Positions 1 through 10,656 of a stretch of 64,000 nt of DNA are shown here, in pieces. A program made the translations under genes and the position numbers. The stretch's first letter is position 1, and each line of letters begins with the position of its first letter. Source of the DNA: an uncultured Verrucomicrobiae bacterium (lineage in GTDB: Bacteria; Verrucomicrobiota; Verrucomicrobiia; Chthoniobacterales; JAFAMB01); assembly GCA_963782115.1 (NCBI GenBank), contig CAWAIK010000001.1:192001-256000 (forward strand). The letters run 5' to 3'. The notes under the pieces are model-generated. The model did not search any database, was not told the origin of the DNA, and worked only from the letters and a program-made list of their open reading frames with translations.

Positions 1-1164
1 CGCTTCATCGATGACGACCATGTCCCATGGTCGGCGCGTCGCCAGTGAGAGGTGGCTATTCTGTTTGAATGTGTGAATGGAACTGATAAGCGCACCCTCT
101 TCCATCCAGAATCGCTCCGGATTTGCACGGAACTGCGGTTGGTTGCTCGTAGCGCACAACAGGGAAAACTTCGTCTCGAGCTCTTCAGCCCACTGATCAA
201 TTAAAGAGGGAACAGTCAAGACCAGAAATCGGCGCACCATACCTCGTGTGACATATTCTTTAAGCACAAGCCCGGCTTCGATGGTCTTGCCGAGACCGAC
301 TTCGTCAGATAGCAGCGCTCGGCCGCGCAGCGCTCCGGTGACTCGCAGCGCCGTACGGATCTGGTATTCAAGATGATCGATCGCACAATACGGAAGGCAG
401 AGCAGATCGTCCGACTGATTCGAAATCCACATCAGCGACGCGCGCTCGATCTTCAGAAAGCTGTCGATTCCGGCATGGGTGCGGAAAAGATCGTACGGCG
501 GCATTTCAGCAGCCGCGATCTCGAGTCGCACCCTGGGCAGCGGCGCGATGGGTTTTTTGATTTCGACAGGCGGATCCTCTTCTGGACTCTTCGACGGCCG
601 TTTTCCAGAATCCGTCTGGCGCTTCAAGTTTCGTAACGAGGCATCCGAGACACGCTGTTGGATTGCTTCCAACTCGCTTCTTCTCTTTTCCTCCCGCCGC
701 GCCCTTTTCGCCAGCAGATGAATGGACTCCAACGCAAAGCCCAGATCTTCCAAGGCTGGGGGTGCAGCAATCATTTGTTCACCCATTTCCTGCACTTCCA
801 TGGCCAAGTACTTCCAGGGATCTCCGGTTTTGTGAAAGCGCGCTTTTTCCCACTTATTCAGCGTCGAGTTAAACTTCCGGCCGAAAATTGCGACGTCTCG
901 TTTGGCGACCGGTAAATGGCGTGCAACGTGTTCTACCGCCATCTCAATTGCGGTTGGTGAGGGGAGACAATCGAAATTGTCGGCCTCGCCCTCCCCGGTG
1001 ATTCGCCATCGCAGCATCCCGTTGGAGACCGATACAGCCCCGTGCGCCAGTTTTCTTTCGGTTTGGTACGGCTTCCAATCGAACGTGATTCGTCCTTTCG
1101 ACCAATCGAGTGTTATATGCAGCTCAATTCGGGAACCTTCTGGAAACAGGGGCTTTGTTCTCAT
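1..1164 (-). CDS. SNF2-family helicase (YqhH/HepA-like), N-terminal part; runs off the left edge
   Basis: Manual translation of the minus strand is open from ATG 1164 to position 1. It shows HLEYQIRTALRV (Q motif), LLSDEVGLGKTIEAG (motif I) and WDMVVIDEA (motif II). Not in the ORF track because its stop lies outside the window. Confidence 0.9.
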   Translation of the reverse strand, partial: MRTKPLFPEGSRIELHITLDWSKGRITFDWKPYQTERKLAHGAVSVSNGMLRWRITGEGEADNFDCLPSPTAIEMAVEHVARHLPVAKRDVAIFGRKFNSTLNKWEKARFHKTGDPWKYLAMEVQEMGEQMIAAPPALEDLGFALESIHLLAKRARREEKRRSELEAIQQRVSDASLRNLKRQTDSGKRPSKSPEEDPPVEIKKPIAPLPRVRLEIAAAEMPPYDLFRTHAGIDSFLKIERASLMWISNQSDDLLCLPYCAIDHLEYQIRTALRVTGALRGRALLSDEVGLGKTIEAGLVLKEYVTRGMVRRFLVLTVPSLIDQWAEELETKFSLLCATSNQPQFRANPERFWMEEGALISSIHTFKQNSHLSLATRRPWDMVVIDEA

Positions 1165-1382
1165 GCTGGCCAGGGAGAAGCTGAAGTTCAGAACAATCAA
1201 TGTCCAACGACTTCGCTTCTCTCTCAATCGTAATGATGCCCCGCGCAGCGTGTCCAGCTTCTGCTCAGGGAGGCATACACCTAACGCCCTTCAAAACCTG
1301 ACGGTGATGGCCCAAGGTTCCAAGCGGTATTGCTTAGCGAATATTTTTAAGGTAAGCCTCGGCAAGACGAAAGCGGGTTCCC

Positions 1383-3230
1383 ATGGCAGAGCAATCCAGT
1401 AAGCCGTCCGACGCACCCGCGACCGCAGCAGACCGGGTGGTGGAGCTGCGTCTCGCGCCGCAGATGTTGATGATGTGCCGCACCTTTTGGGGCTCGCCCG
1501 AACGAAACAAGGTCTTGCTGCTCGGACTTGCCATCGTCGCCGTTATCGGCGCGACGGCCTTCGGCCAGGTCAGGCTAAACGCCTGGAACCAACCCTTCTA
1601 CAACGCACTTGCACACAGAGACCTAGGCGGGTTCCTCGACCAGCTCAAGGTTTTCGCCGTGATTGCCGGCGGCCTTTTGATTCTGAACGTGGCGCAGGCC
1701 TGGCTCAACCAGATGACCAAGGTCAAGCTTCGCGAAGGGCTGGTGCGCGATCTGTTTAACGAGTGGCTCAAACCTCAACGCGCCTTTCACCTGGTAAATG
1801 CCGGCGAGATGGGCACCAATCCCGACCAGCGCATCCACGAGGACGCCCGCCACCTGACCGAGCTGTCGACTGACCTCGGCATCGGGCTGCTGCAGTCTTC
1901 GCTTCTCCTGGGGAGCTTCATCGGCGTCCTTTGGATCCTCTCGAAAAACGTGACCTTCTCTGTGAGCGGACATAGCTTCAGCATTCCGGGCTACATGGTC
2001 TGGTGCGCCCTTGTCTACGCCGGCACCGCCTCTTGGGTCAGCTGGCTCGTCGGCCGCCCTTTGATTGACCTTAATTCCGAGCGCTACTCGCGAGAGGCCG
2101 ATCTGCGCTTTGCGCTGGTGCGCCTCAACGAGCACGCTGACAGCGTAACGCTCTTTGGCGGCGAACAGGATGAGAAGCGGCGCCTTACTGTCGAGCTTAA
2201 TCACGTGCTTCTTGTCATGCGGCGGATTGTCAGCGCGACCACGCGGCTCACCTGGGTCACGGCAGGTTACGGTTGGTTCACAATCATCGCGCCGATCCTG
2301 GTCGCGGCCCCTGGATACTTCGGAGGCGATCTTTCCTTCGGCGCACTAATGATGGTCGTTGGCGCTTTCATTCAGGTTCAGCAGGCCCTGCGGTGGTTTA
2401 TCGACAATTTCAGCACCATCGCCGACTGGCGCGCCACTCTGCTGCGCATCGCGAGCTTCCGCGAGGCGGTTGTGACGATGGACAGGCTCAGCGCGACCGG
2501 GAAGCGGATCGAGTTTGTCGAGGCGCTCGGCGGCAAGCTTACCTTTGAGAATCTCCAGGTCGCCACACCGACGGGTTGCACCTCGTTGAGCGAGCGGCAT
2601 GTCGAGATCGCGCCGGGCGAACATGTTCTCATCGTTGGCGAGCCCGGTACCGGCAAGACCATCCTGTTCCGGGCGATCGCGGGCTTGTGGCCCTGGGGCT
2701 CCGGCCGCATTGCGCTGCCGTCGTCCCATGAAGTTATGTTCGTGCCGCGCCAGCCCTACGTGCCGCTGGGAACGTTGCGCGCAACGCTGGCCTATCCTTC
2801 GCCCGAGACCGCCTACAAAGACGAGGAGTTGGTCGCGGTGCTTCAAAAAGCCAGTTTGGACCGCCTCTCCTCTTCCCTCGACCGCACCGCGCGCTGGGAG
2901 CGCGAACTAACCGATGACGAGCAACAATATCTGGTTCTCGCACGTATCGTGCTGCACAAGCCCCACTGGGTCGTGATTGACGAAGCCCTCGATGCCCTCG
3001 ACGACGACGCACGCAATCGTGCCATTAGCCTTTTCAAAGCCGCGCTCAAGGATGCCGCCATTATTAACATTGGCCGGCCCGAGACTAAGCACCATTACTT
3101 CAAGCGTGTTCTGCATCTGGTCAAAGATCCGCGCGGAGTTTGCTTTGTACCCGATCCCAGCGTGGCTTTTGCTCGCCAGCCGGCGGTCGCTCCCACCGTC
3201 GCTTCGAAAGAGGGAGCGGCGCCGAGTTAG
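1383..3230 (+). CDS. ABC transporter, fused permease/ATPase (YddA/ExsE/ABC_membrane_2-like)
   Basis: 615 aa. NPDQRIHED motif, EAA-like READLRFAL, Walker A GEPGTGKT, FVPRQPY Q-loop, Walker B VVIDEA. The signature is degenerate (LTDDEQQ). Confidence 0.9.
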   Translation: MAEQSSKPSDAPATAADRVVELRLAPQMLMMCRTFWGSPERNKVLLLGLAIVAVIGATAFGQVRLNAWNQPFYNALAHRDLGGFLDQLKVFAVIAGGLLILNVAQAWLNQMTKVKLREGLVRDLFNEWLKPQRAFHLVNAGEMGTNPDQRIHEDARHLTELSTDLGIGLLQSSLLLGSFIGVLWILSKNVTFSVSGHSFSIPGYMVWCALVYAGTASWVSWLVGRPLIDLNSERYSREADLRFALVRLNEHADSVTLFGGEQDEKRRLTVELNHVLLVMRRIVSATTRLTWVTAGYGWFTIIAPILVAAPGYFGGDLSFGALMMVVGAFIQVQQALRWFIDNFSTIADWRATLLRIASFREAVVTMDRLSATGKRIEFVEALGGKLTFENLQVATPTGCTSLSERHVEIAPGEHVLIVGEPGTGKTILFRAIAGLWPWGSGRIALPSSHEVMFVPRQPYVPLGTLRATLAYPSPETAYKDEELVAVLQKASLDRLSSSLDRTARWERELTDDEQQYLVLARIVLHKPHWVVIDEALDALDDDARNRAISLFKAALKDAAIINIGRPETKHHYFKRVLHLVKDPRGVCFVPDPSVAFARQPAVAPTVASKEGAAPS

Positions 3231-6200
3231 CTCATAGCCGGCTCGCCGGCTGAAACCCGGGCAGCGCTTCTCGGGTCGCAACGATTCTGAGTACCGGCCT
3301 TCCAACGTCCCAGCGCTGTCTGCAATTCCAGTAGCCGGATCGGCTTGCTAAGATAATCGTCCATCCCGGCAGCGAGACACTTTTCGCGGTCGCCCTTCAT
3401 GGCGTTGGCAGTGAGGGCAACGATGTGGATCGGAGACTGCCCCTTGGTGCCCTGACCTGAGCTTTGCTCCCGCCTTCGTATTGCGCGCGCGGTGTCGTAT
3501 CCATCCATTTCCGGCATCTGACAATCCATGAGAATGATGTCGTAAGGAATTGACTTGAGCGCCTCCAGAACTGCCAAACCATTTACCACGGTATCTGCGC
3601 CATAGCCAAGCTTCCGTAATAGTCCCAGGGCAATTAGTCGATTGATGTGGTTATCATCCGCCAGAAGAATCCGCGCTTTCCCGGGTTGCGGATCGACCTC
3701 TGAGGAGTGCGCCGGAGCAGCAGATAGATCCGATTTCGCAACGGTGTCGCGCACCGGAGCTTTGTCCATTGTATTTGCCAAACAGTCAAAGAGCCGCGAC
3801 TGCTTGACCGGCTTGACGAGGTAGGTGTCGATATCGGCCAGTTTCAATTCCTCCGTGCTGCATGCTTGTCCCAGAGAGTTTAAGGCCACGAGCCGGATGC
3901 GGGCGATGGATGAGTCAGCCTTAAGCGCGTGGGCGAGAGCTAATCCATCCATTCCAGGCATCTGGAGATCCAAAAGGGCGAGGTCATAAGGAGTGCCCTC
4001 CTGTTCTGCCATCCTCAGCTTCTGTAATGCTTCCGGACCGCTGGCTGCGACGTCCGCTTGCATCTTCCAGTCAAGAATCTGACGGCCCAGGGTTTGCCGA
4101 TTGGTCGCGTTGTCATCGACAACCAGTACTCGTAGCGTAGCAAGGTCGCGATCCTCCGTTGTCGTTGTGTTGACTTCCTGTTTTTCAAACCGGGCTGTAA
4201 ACCAAAAAGTAGAGCCTCCTCCCGGCTTGCTTCGCACGCCGATTTCTCCCTCCATCATTTCCACGAGTCGTTTGGCGATTGCGAGCCCTAAGCCGCTGCC
4301 GCCGTATTTTCGGGTGGTGGCGCCATCAGCCTGACTGAACGCCTCAAACAGTCTCGCTTGCGCCTCGGGTGGAATGCCGATACCGGTATCTTGAACATAA
4401 AACTTCAACACTGCATGTGTTGCCGATTCGCTCTCTTTGCTGACCCAGACGACGACCTCGCCCTTCTCGGTAAATTTGATAGCGTTGCCAAGCAGATTGG
4501 TGAGAATTTGCCGCAACCGTCCCGGGTCTCCACGCAGCCAGGTCGGAATGCCAACCGGGACGGCGTTGACTAATTCAATCCCCTTGGTGAATGAGCCCGC
4601 GGCCACGATATCCAGGGTGCTTTCGATCGTTTTGACCAGATCGAAATTGATCACTTCAATTGACATTTTGCCCGCTTCAATTTTGGAAAAGTCCAGAATA
4701 TCATTGATGATCGTGAGAAGCATTGCCCCGCTGAGACGAATAGTTTCGGCGATTTCGCGTTGCTGTACGGCTAGATCGGTATCCAGCAGCAAATCGGTCA
4801 TCCCAATGACGCCGTTCATCGGGGTCCGAATCTCGTGGCTCATCTTGGCGAGGAACTCGCCTTTAGCGCGGGTCGTCTCCTCCGCAGCTTCCTTAGCCAA
4901 CTTCAGGTTTTGTTCAGCTTGTTTGGCCGACGTAACGTCCCAGGCCATACCTTGGGTGCCGACGACCTGGCCGCCGGTATCGAGAACCGCAAGCCTGATA
5001 ATGCGGTACCATCGTTTCTGACCGCTGGAATCGAGCCAGTCATCCTCCTTTTCAAACGGCCTGCGTGTTTCCGCTAAGGTCTTTTCAATCGCCCGATATC
5101 TCTCCGCCAGTTCCGGGGGGTCAATGTCGAAGTTTGTCTTGCCGAGAATTTCGCTGGGCGCCCTGCCTTTGAAATCGCTAAAGCGCTTGTTGGCAAATAT
5201 AAATCGGCCTTCGGTGTCTTTCCGGTAAATGGCGACCGGAAGATTTTCTACAAGAGATTGGAGAAATACCTCTGAGGTGGTAAGTGCCGACGCCAGGCGT
5301 TCGAGCTCCTGGTTTGCTGTTTGCTGTTCTTGCATCAATCGTCGAGCCGTCTGCCGACCTGAGTCTGCATCCGCTTTGGCCAGTTCAATGGCCAGGACCC
5401 GGTCGCGGATTGCGCGCGAGATAAGCCAGGTGAGAAACCAAAACAGAACTAAACAGCCGAGGCCAAAGACCAAAATCTGCCGCCAGTTTGCGGCAAGGCT
5501 TTGCTCCACCCGCATGGCCAGCGCCTGTGAACGAACCTCCGCTGATTCCGCAAACGCGGCTACGGCGGCATCGATGTCATGTGAAACTAACCCAAGATCA
5601 TCCTTGAGTTTCTCGTGCTCGCGTCGAAGCAGGAGAGCGTCCCGCCAAAGGCTATAAAGACCGCCGCTCCCGACTACGATTTTTAGATGCCCGTCGACCG
5701 TGAATCCCTTGCCGAAAAGGGAAACCTTCAGGTCCTCAATTAACTCAACTTGATAGTTTATCCGGTCCAGGGCCGGAGCAAGTTTGTTGTCCTTCAGGTC
5801 GGCGAGGTTGTCGACGTTCTGTTCTCCGTTGAATAATTCGACAATTCGAGCCAGATCGGCCAAATCGGTCTTGAACTCGCTCAGACCATGGCTCTCTTGT
5901 CGCGCTTTCTCGATGAGAATCTGTGCCAAGCGCGCCGCCTCCTCCCCTTGCGCCATCCGCCAGTTTTTGAATTGAATCGCTTCTTGCAATCGCCGTCTCC
6001 CCTCCTGCAGCTCCGCTTCATTGCGCAACGCCGAGAGGTAGGCGCGCACCTGTGTCCGCTGCTGTGCCAAATCTTCGAGATCAACATCGTATCGGGTACG
6101 CCAGGCAAGCGCCTGTTTTTCCACCGCTGACATGGTTTTAGCCACCTCAGCCAGCCGATTGAGCGCCAATACGGCGGGTGGGTCATCCATCGACTGCGAT

Positions 6201-6493
6201 AATTGACGTGCGGTTTGCGCCAGACTGGTAACGGCGCCTAATTTTTCGGCAAATGGTGTGTTTTCATCGAGCGCCGCTTGGATTTCGCTACGGGCCGCCC
6301 GCGCGCGCTCGAGGATCTCGCGTGTTGGTTGATTCAGATGGTCTTGCTCCTCTTGAAGGCGCACGCGGCTGGTCCGCATCGATTGGAGCTGCAAACCACT
6401 TTGACCGATCATCACGGCGACGATCACGAAGCCGAGAGCCCCGAGAAGCCGCACCATCCAGAAAATGGGTTGCCCTCTTTGGGTCGTTTTCAT
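3227..6493 (-). CDS. Membrane hybrid sensor histidine kinase (TM-periplasmic-TM-PAS-HisKA-HATPase-REC-REC)
   Basis: 1088 aa. Two hydrophobic segments, PAS, H-box [12 protein letters not shown] boxes DTGIGI and GGSGLGL, two receivers (LLDLQMP, LMDCQMP). Confidence 0.95.
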   Translation of the reverse strand: MKTTQRGQPIFWMVRLLGALGFVIVAVMIGQSGLQLQSMRTSRVRLQEEQDHLNQPTREILERARAARSEIQAALDENTPFAEKLGAVTSLAQTARQLSQSMDDPPAVLALNRLAEVAKTMSAVEKQALAWRTRYDVDLEDLAQQRTQVRAYLSALRNEAELQEGRRRLQEAIQFKNWRMAQGEEAARLAQILIEKARQESHGLSEFKTDLADLARIVELFNGEQNVDNLADLKDNKLAPALDRINYQVELIEDLKVSLFGKGFTVDGHLKIVVGSGGLYSLWRDALLLRREHEKLKDDLGLVSHDIDAAVAAFAESAEVRSQALAMRVEQSLAANWRQILVFGLGCLVLFWFLTWLISRAIRDRVLAIELAKADADSGRQTARRLMQEQQTANQELERLASALTTSEVFLQSLVENLPVAIYRKDTEGRFIFANKRFSDFKGRAPSEILGKTNFDIDPPELAERYRAIEKTLAETRRPFEKEDDWLDSSGQKRWYRIIRLAVLDTGGQVVGTQGMAWDVTSAKQAEQNLKLAKEAAEETTRAKGEFLAKMSHEIRTPMNGVIGMTDLLLDTDLAVQQREIAETIRLSGAMLLTIINDILDFSKIEAGKMSIEVINFDLVKTIESTLDIVAAGSFTKGIELVNAVPVGIPTWLRGDPGRLRQILTNLLGNAIKFTEKGEVVVWVSKESESATHAVLKFYVQDTGIGIPPEAQARLFEAFSQADGATTRKYGGSGLGLAIAKRLVEMMEGEIGVRSKPGGGSTFWFTARFEKQEVNTTTTEDRDLATLRVLVVDDNATNRQTLGRQILDWKMQADVAASGPEALQKLRMAEQEGTPYDLALLDLQMPGMDGLALAHALKADSSIARIRLVALNSLGQACSTEELKLADIDTYLVKPVKQSRLFDCLANTMDKAPVRDTVAKSDLSAAPAHSSEVDPQPGKARILLADDNHINRLIALGLLRKLGYGADTVVNGLAVLEALKSIPYDIILMDCQMPEMDGYDTARAIRRREQSSGQGTKGQSPIHIVALTANAMKGDREKCLAAGMDDYLSKPIRLLELQTALGRWKAGTQNRCDPRSAARVSAGEPAMS

Positions 6494-7413
6494 CGCGGCG
6501 ATTCACCCTGCAAGAGAGCCCTGATGTCAGACCAATGAAACGGCACGAACCGACCCCCTCGCAAAACCGTCGGCCAGACTCGATGACTCGCCTGATGTTC
6601 CGTCCTACTTAAGTAAAGCGGTTCCCCGAGGCCGATATCAAATTGACCCAACCCTTCCAGCACGTCGACGACCGCGTCGCGCGTTGGTAGTCCTTGAATT
6701 TTTCCCAGCGCGAGGGTCAGGATCCGGGCGGCAATATATCCCTCGAAATCGCCAAAATCCGCTGAAACCGGCGGATCCATTGCCTTGAGGTCAGCCTGAG
6801 TGAAAAAGGCGATTTCCTCCGGTTTCAGGCCAGCGATGTTGATGAGCGCGTCGAACATTACTCCAGTCTCCTCGACGTAGCTTGCGCGGAAATTAATGAC
6901 GTAGCGGTCCGGCGGATCATTGCGCAAGACCGGACCACCAGAGAACGCCGCGAAAAGCAGCGTCTTTTGTTCGTTGGCTAACGGAACGGCGACGATTGCA
7001 TTAGGGGTGCCGACGTCGCCAATGATGGCTAGAACATTCTCCTTTTCAATCAACTGCCGAATGTTGGGTGCCGTGCGAGCTGGTTCGTACCCGTCATCGA
7101 GTGGGACAAGCCGCAGCTTGCGACCGTTCACGCCTCCGTTAAGGTTTGCGCGTTCCAAAGCGACCAGGATACCCCGCTGCATGTGTTTGCCCAGGTCTTT
7201 GGCGCTGCCGGTGAACGCGGCAGACATTCCGAGGACAATTTCGGTTGAAGAATCACCCGCAGCGGCCTGTGCCCCGCGGCTCCAGAGCGTGAGGAAAAGG
7301 AACAAAATTGTCAGCGCACTCGTAAAGAAGGGTGACCAACTCACACTTTTCCAAGGCCCGCGCGCAGGGCCCGGAATCAGGGCTAGAGGAGGAGGAAAGG
7401 AGAGTTTTTGCAC
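6490..7413 (-). CDS. Periplasmic type 1 (LivK-like) substrate-binding protein, apparently with an in-frame internal deletion
   Basis: Signal peptide, GMSAAFTG, DDGYEP, IIGDVGTP, INFRASY. Only 307 aa: FFTQ runs directly into ADLKAMDP...EGYIAA. ATGA overlap with the kinase gene. Confidence 0.8.
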   Translation of the reverse strand: MQKLSFPPPLALIPGPARGPWKSVSWSPFFTSALTILFLFLTLWSRGAQAAAGDSSTEIVLGMSAAFTGSAKDLGKHMQRGILVALERANLNGGVNGRKLRLVPLDDGYEPARTAPNIRQLIEKENVLAIIGDVGTPNAIVAVPLANEQKTLLFAAFSGGPVLRNDPPDRYVINFRASYVEETGVMFDALINIAGLKPEEIAFFTQADLKAMDPPVSADFGDFEGYIAARILTLALGKIQGLPTRDAVVDVLEGLGQFDIGLGEPLYLSRTEHQASHRVWPTVLRGGRFVPFHWSDIRALLQGESPR

Positions 7414-7921
7414 CGTAAGAGTTCCGTCGGATGTATATAATTACCATATTTTACAGCAAATTCCATTGTCTCTGGATTTTAATCCTGGTCCGATCGAATA
7501 CAGGTTCGCAAACCCGCAGGCATTGGAGACCCGCACCCGGGGCCAGCGAGGATTAATCTTTGCTCGATGAAGCTCGTGACGCGATCGCAGTTTTGCGAAA
7601 GCAGTGGATGAGTCATAAATTTGATTAGCAACCATATATGTCGTATCTACAATAATGTGCGATGAAGAGATGCCTGTCAGCGCGGCCCCTAGACTGTTCT
7701 CGATGCCAATCCTCGAATACGGGGCCGATCAGAAACAAGGCATGCGCCAGTCTCGCCGAGATCGGACAGGCTGCCATTGAAAAGGCGGAAGGGGTGATAC
7801 CATGAACAGACCTTCATTGACGCTAAGACGGCATCGGGAAGAACTTTTGGCAAAAGTGTATCGAGCCATGCGTCAGTTAACGACGGGGCCGACGACTCCC
7901 GACCGGACAAGGTAAAGAGAG

Positions 7922-9799
7922 ATGAACATCAATCCTCTCAAAAACCACCGCATCCTGGTAATTGATGATACCCGGGCTATTCATAACGACTTTCGTAAAA
8001 TACTAACAATTTCGTCCGACCTCTCAAGTGATTTGGCTGAAGATGAAGTGGCTCTATTCGGAGATACGATGGTCAAATTGACATTGCCAATATTTGAGAT
8101 TGATTCCGCATACCAGGGACAGGAAGGCCTGGATCTGATTGAAAAAAGCCTCCGGGAAGGGCGACCCTATTCCTTGGCCTTTGTCGATGTCCGCATGCCG
8201 CCGGGCTGGGACGGAGTCGAGACGACGTTCAAAATTTGGGAAAAGTATCCCGATCTACAAGTTGTCATATGCACAGCATATTCTGACTATACCTGGGAAG
8301 AGATGTTGAAAACACTGGGATATTCGGATCGGATGGTGATTCTGAAAAAGCCATTTGACAATATCGAGGTATTGCAATTGGCCATTGCGATGACTGAGAA
8401 ATGGCGACTTTACCAACGGGCCAAGGTTCACCTGGATGATCTCGAACGAATTGTTCAAGAGCGCACTCTTGAACTGAATGCTGCTAACAACGACCTGACC
8501 TCGGCTAATTTGCTATTGATTGCGAGCACGGAAAAAGCGCAGCGAATGGCGGCCGCGGCGCTGGCGGCCAGTGATGCTAAAAGCGGGTTTCTGGCCAACA
8601 TGAGCCACGAGATCCGAACTCCCATGAACGGTGTTATTGGGATGATTGATTCGTTGCTAGGTACGGAGTTAACGGACGGGCAGCGGCAGTCTGCCCGGAC
8701 CATCCAAAGTAGCGCCTATGCTCTTCTATTGATTCTCAATGACATTCTCGATTTTTCAAAAATCGAGGCGGGCAAAATGACGTTTGAAAAGATCGATTTT
8801 GATTTGCGCGAAGTCATTAAGAACACCGTCGATCTCATGGCCACAGTGGCGCACGGTAAAGGATTGAAGCTTGGTTATGGTATCAGAGAAGGCACCGCCA
8901 CCGATCTGGTGGGTGATCCTACACGTCTTCGGCAAGTCCTGCTTAACTTACTGAATAATGCTATTAAATTCTCGGAACAAGGCAAAGTGTTCCTGGAAAT
9001 TGTCCAGATCAGTGAAATTGAGGAGGAAGTCGAATTGTCGTTTTTTGTTCATGACACCGGCATCGGAATCTCGGAAGAAGATCAGAGAAAGTTGTTTAAA
9101 ACCTTTACCCAAACTGATACCTCGACCACGCGGAAATATGGGGGGACGGGTCTGGGATTAGCCATATGCCGTAAGCTTGTGGAGTTGATGGGAGGCACTA
9201 TAGAAGCCACGAGCAACTTGGGAAAAGGCTCAAGTTTTAGCTTCACCCTGCAATTTACGAAACGGATATTCAACGGTCCATTGACTCATCTGCCGATGGC
9301 CGCCTCCGGACGTTCTCATGATGCCAAAATTGCCGCATCTCCTGTCGGGCTAAATGGCAACCGCATCCTTTTAGCTGAAGATGGCAAGACCAATCAAATG
9401 GTCGCGGTACGAGTGCTGGAGAGACTTGGCTACACGGTAGATATTGCTCCCAATGGAATCGAAGCAGTGGAGGCCTGGCGGCAGAATAAATATGACATCA
9501 TTCTAATGGATTGCAATATGCCGGAAATGGATGGATGTGAGGCCACCCGAAGAATCCGTGAACTGGAAGCAGAACAAAATCTCCGACCCACTCAAATCAT
9601 CGCCATGACAGGGAGGACGATGCAGGAAGACCGCGAGTTATGCCTGGCAGCGGGCATGAATTATTATACTACGAAACCTATCGATCAGGGCGCGTTGCAC
9701 GCCGCGTTGACAAAGGCAAAAAGCCATGTGGAGCAGAGAAAAGAAAAAAACCAATCGGATCACCCGAGTGCCGCATCTCAACCTTTTTTCAACGCCTAA
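7922..9799 (+). CDS. Cytoplasmic hybrid histidine kinase (REC-HisKA-HATPase-REC)
   Basis: N-terminal REC ([18 protein letters not shown]), [19 protein letters not shown]-terminal REC (LMDCNMP). Confidence 0.95.
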   Translation: MNINPLKNHRILVIDDTRAIHNDFRKILTISSDLSSDLAEDEVALFGDTMVKLTLPIFEIDSAYQGQEGLDLIEKSLREGRPYSLAFVDVRMPPGWDGVETTFKIWEKYPDLQVVICTAYSDYTWEEMLKTLGYSDRMVILKKPFDNIEVLQLAIAMTEKWRLYQRAKVHLDDLERIVQERTLELNAANNDLTSANLLLIASTEKAQRMAAAALAASDAKSGFLANMSHEIRTPMNGVIGMIDSLLGTELTDGQRQSARTIQSSAYALLLILNDILDFSKIEAGKMTFEKIDFDLREVIKNTVDLMATVAHGKGLKLGYGIREGTATDLVGDPTRLRQVLLNLLNNAIKFSEQGKVFLEIVQISEIEEEVELSFFVHDTGIGISEEDQRKLFKTFTQTDTSTTRKYGGTGLGLAICRKLVELMGGTIEATSNLGKGSSFSFTLQFTKRIFNGPLTHLPMAASGRSHDAKIAASPVGLNGNRILLAEDGKTNQMVAVRVLERLGYTVDIAPNGIEAVEAWRQNKYDIILMDCNMPEMDGCEATRRIRELEAEQNLRPTQIIAMTGRTMQEDRELCLAAGMNYYTTKPIDQGALHAALTKAKSHVEQRKEKNQSDHPSAASQPFFNA

Positions 9800-9938
9800 G
9801 CTCGGGGTTTTCAGCCATTCGAGCTGTGACCCTATGGAGTGAAGACGAGAGTCGCCTTCATCACGAAGGTATTATACTCGCGTGTTGCCAGGTTTTGCCG
9901 AGGTTGTCGGAGTAAACAAACCTCGAGTAATTGCAATC

Positions 9939-10220
9939 CTATACGCCGCCCACCTTGCTGAAACCATGGACGGACATGTAATGGAGATAAATCCGATCTC
10001 CGACGCTGACCATCGCTGTCGGGATTCTCGTCTGTTCGCCATCCTCTGCCGTGAAGGCCGGTTGATGGGCGCCCTCGACAATGGCGATTGCCGTCGTATC
10101 CAAAGGTGTCCCCGAAGGCAAAGAAGATTCTATTACCGATCTCAGTCATCATACCAAGGTCAACTCTTCCATGCTCATCCGCATATTTTCCTGTTCGGGA
10201 TTTACTGGGTCTTTGGCATT
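9939..10220 (-). pseudogene. Remnant of a DUF4185-like protein
   Basis: Two family-like blocks in different frames: VDLGMMTEIGNRIFFAFGDTFG and TRIPTAMVSVGDRIYLHYMSV. No full-length ORF. Confidence 0.6.
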
Positions 10221-10275
10221 GATCGGGGGCTTAGATGTGGCTCCGGGCGTAGGCCGTTTCTATCGAAAGGATTGT

Positions 10276-10387
10276 CTTTGTGACCTTTGTGATCTTCTGT
10301 GCAAATGATTTTTCTTCGTCCCCCCGGCACTAAGACAGAAAAAAAGCAAAAGTCATTTTTGAACAGAAGATCGCAAAGATCACAAAG
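10276..10387. repeat. Intergenic imperfect inverted repeat (REP/MITE-like)
   Basis: The left arm CTTTGTGACCTTTGTGATCTTCTGTGCAAATGA (10276-10308) pairs with TCATTTTTGAACAGAAGATCGCAAAGATCACAAAG (10353-10387). Confidence 0.75.
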
Positions 10388-10656
10388 AGTCACTGTCTTT
10401 AAGAGCCATCGGAGGCACGTGGGCCTGCATTGTCTAAATCTCGATCAGCAACGAATGAAACGCCCTTAATCCCCACTCGTCCTCTTGTTCTGAAATCGTA
10501 ATCGTCGTCGTTCTCGACTTCTACGGACGGGGGAAACGCCCGACTTTTTAGCATTGTCTTGGCGGGCGCGAACGATTAGGCTCGCCCGCGTTGTAGCCGT
10601 TTCTTCACCCCTAAAAGAAAATCCTGATCCTCGTTCACTGAACGGGGGAGCAATCC

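Noticed and set aside
373..1402. Plus-strand ORFs of 63-166 aa
   Set aside because: They are antisense shadows of the SNF2 gene. The same applies to most short ORFs lying inside long genes across this GC-rich window.
7700..7915. Two tiny overlapping ORFs (...GQAAIEKAEGVIP* and MNRPSLTLRRH...*) resembling phage genes
   Set aside because: Too short, the first has no clear start, and there is no other phage or integrase signal.
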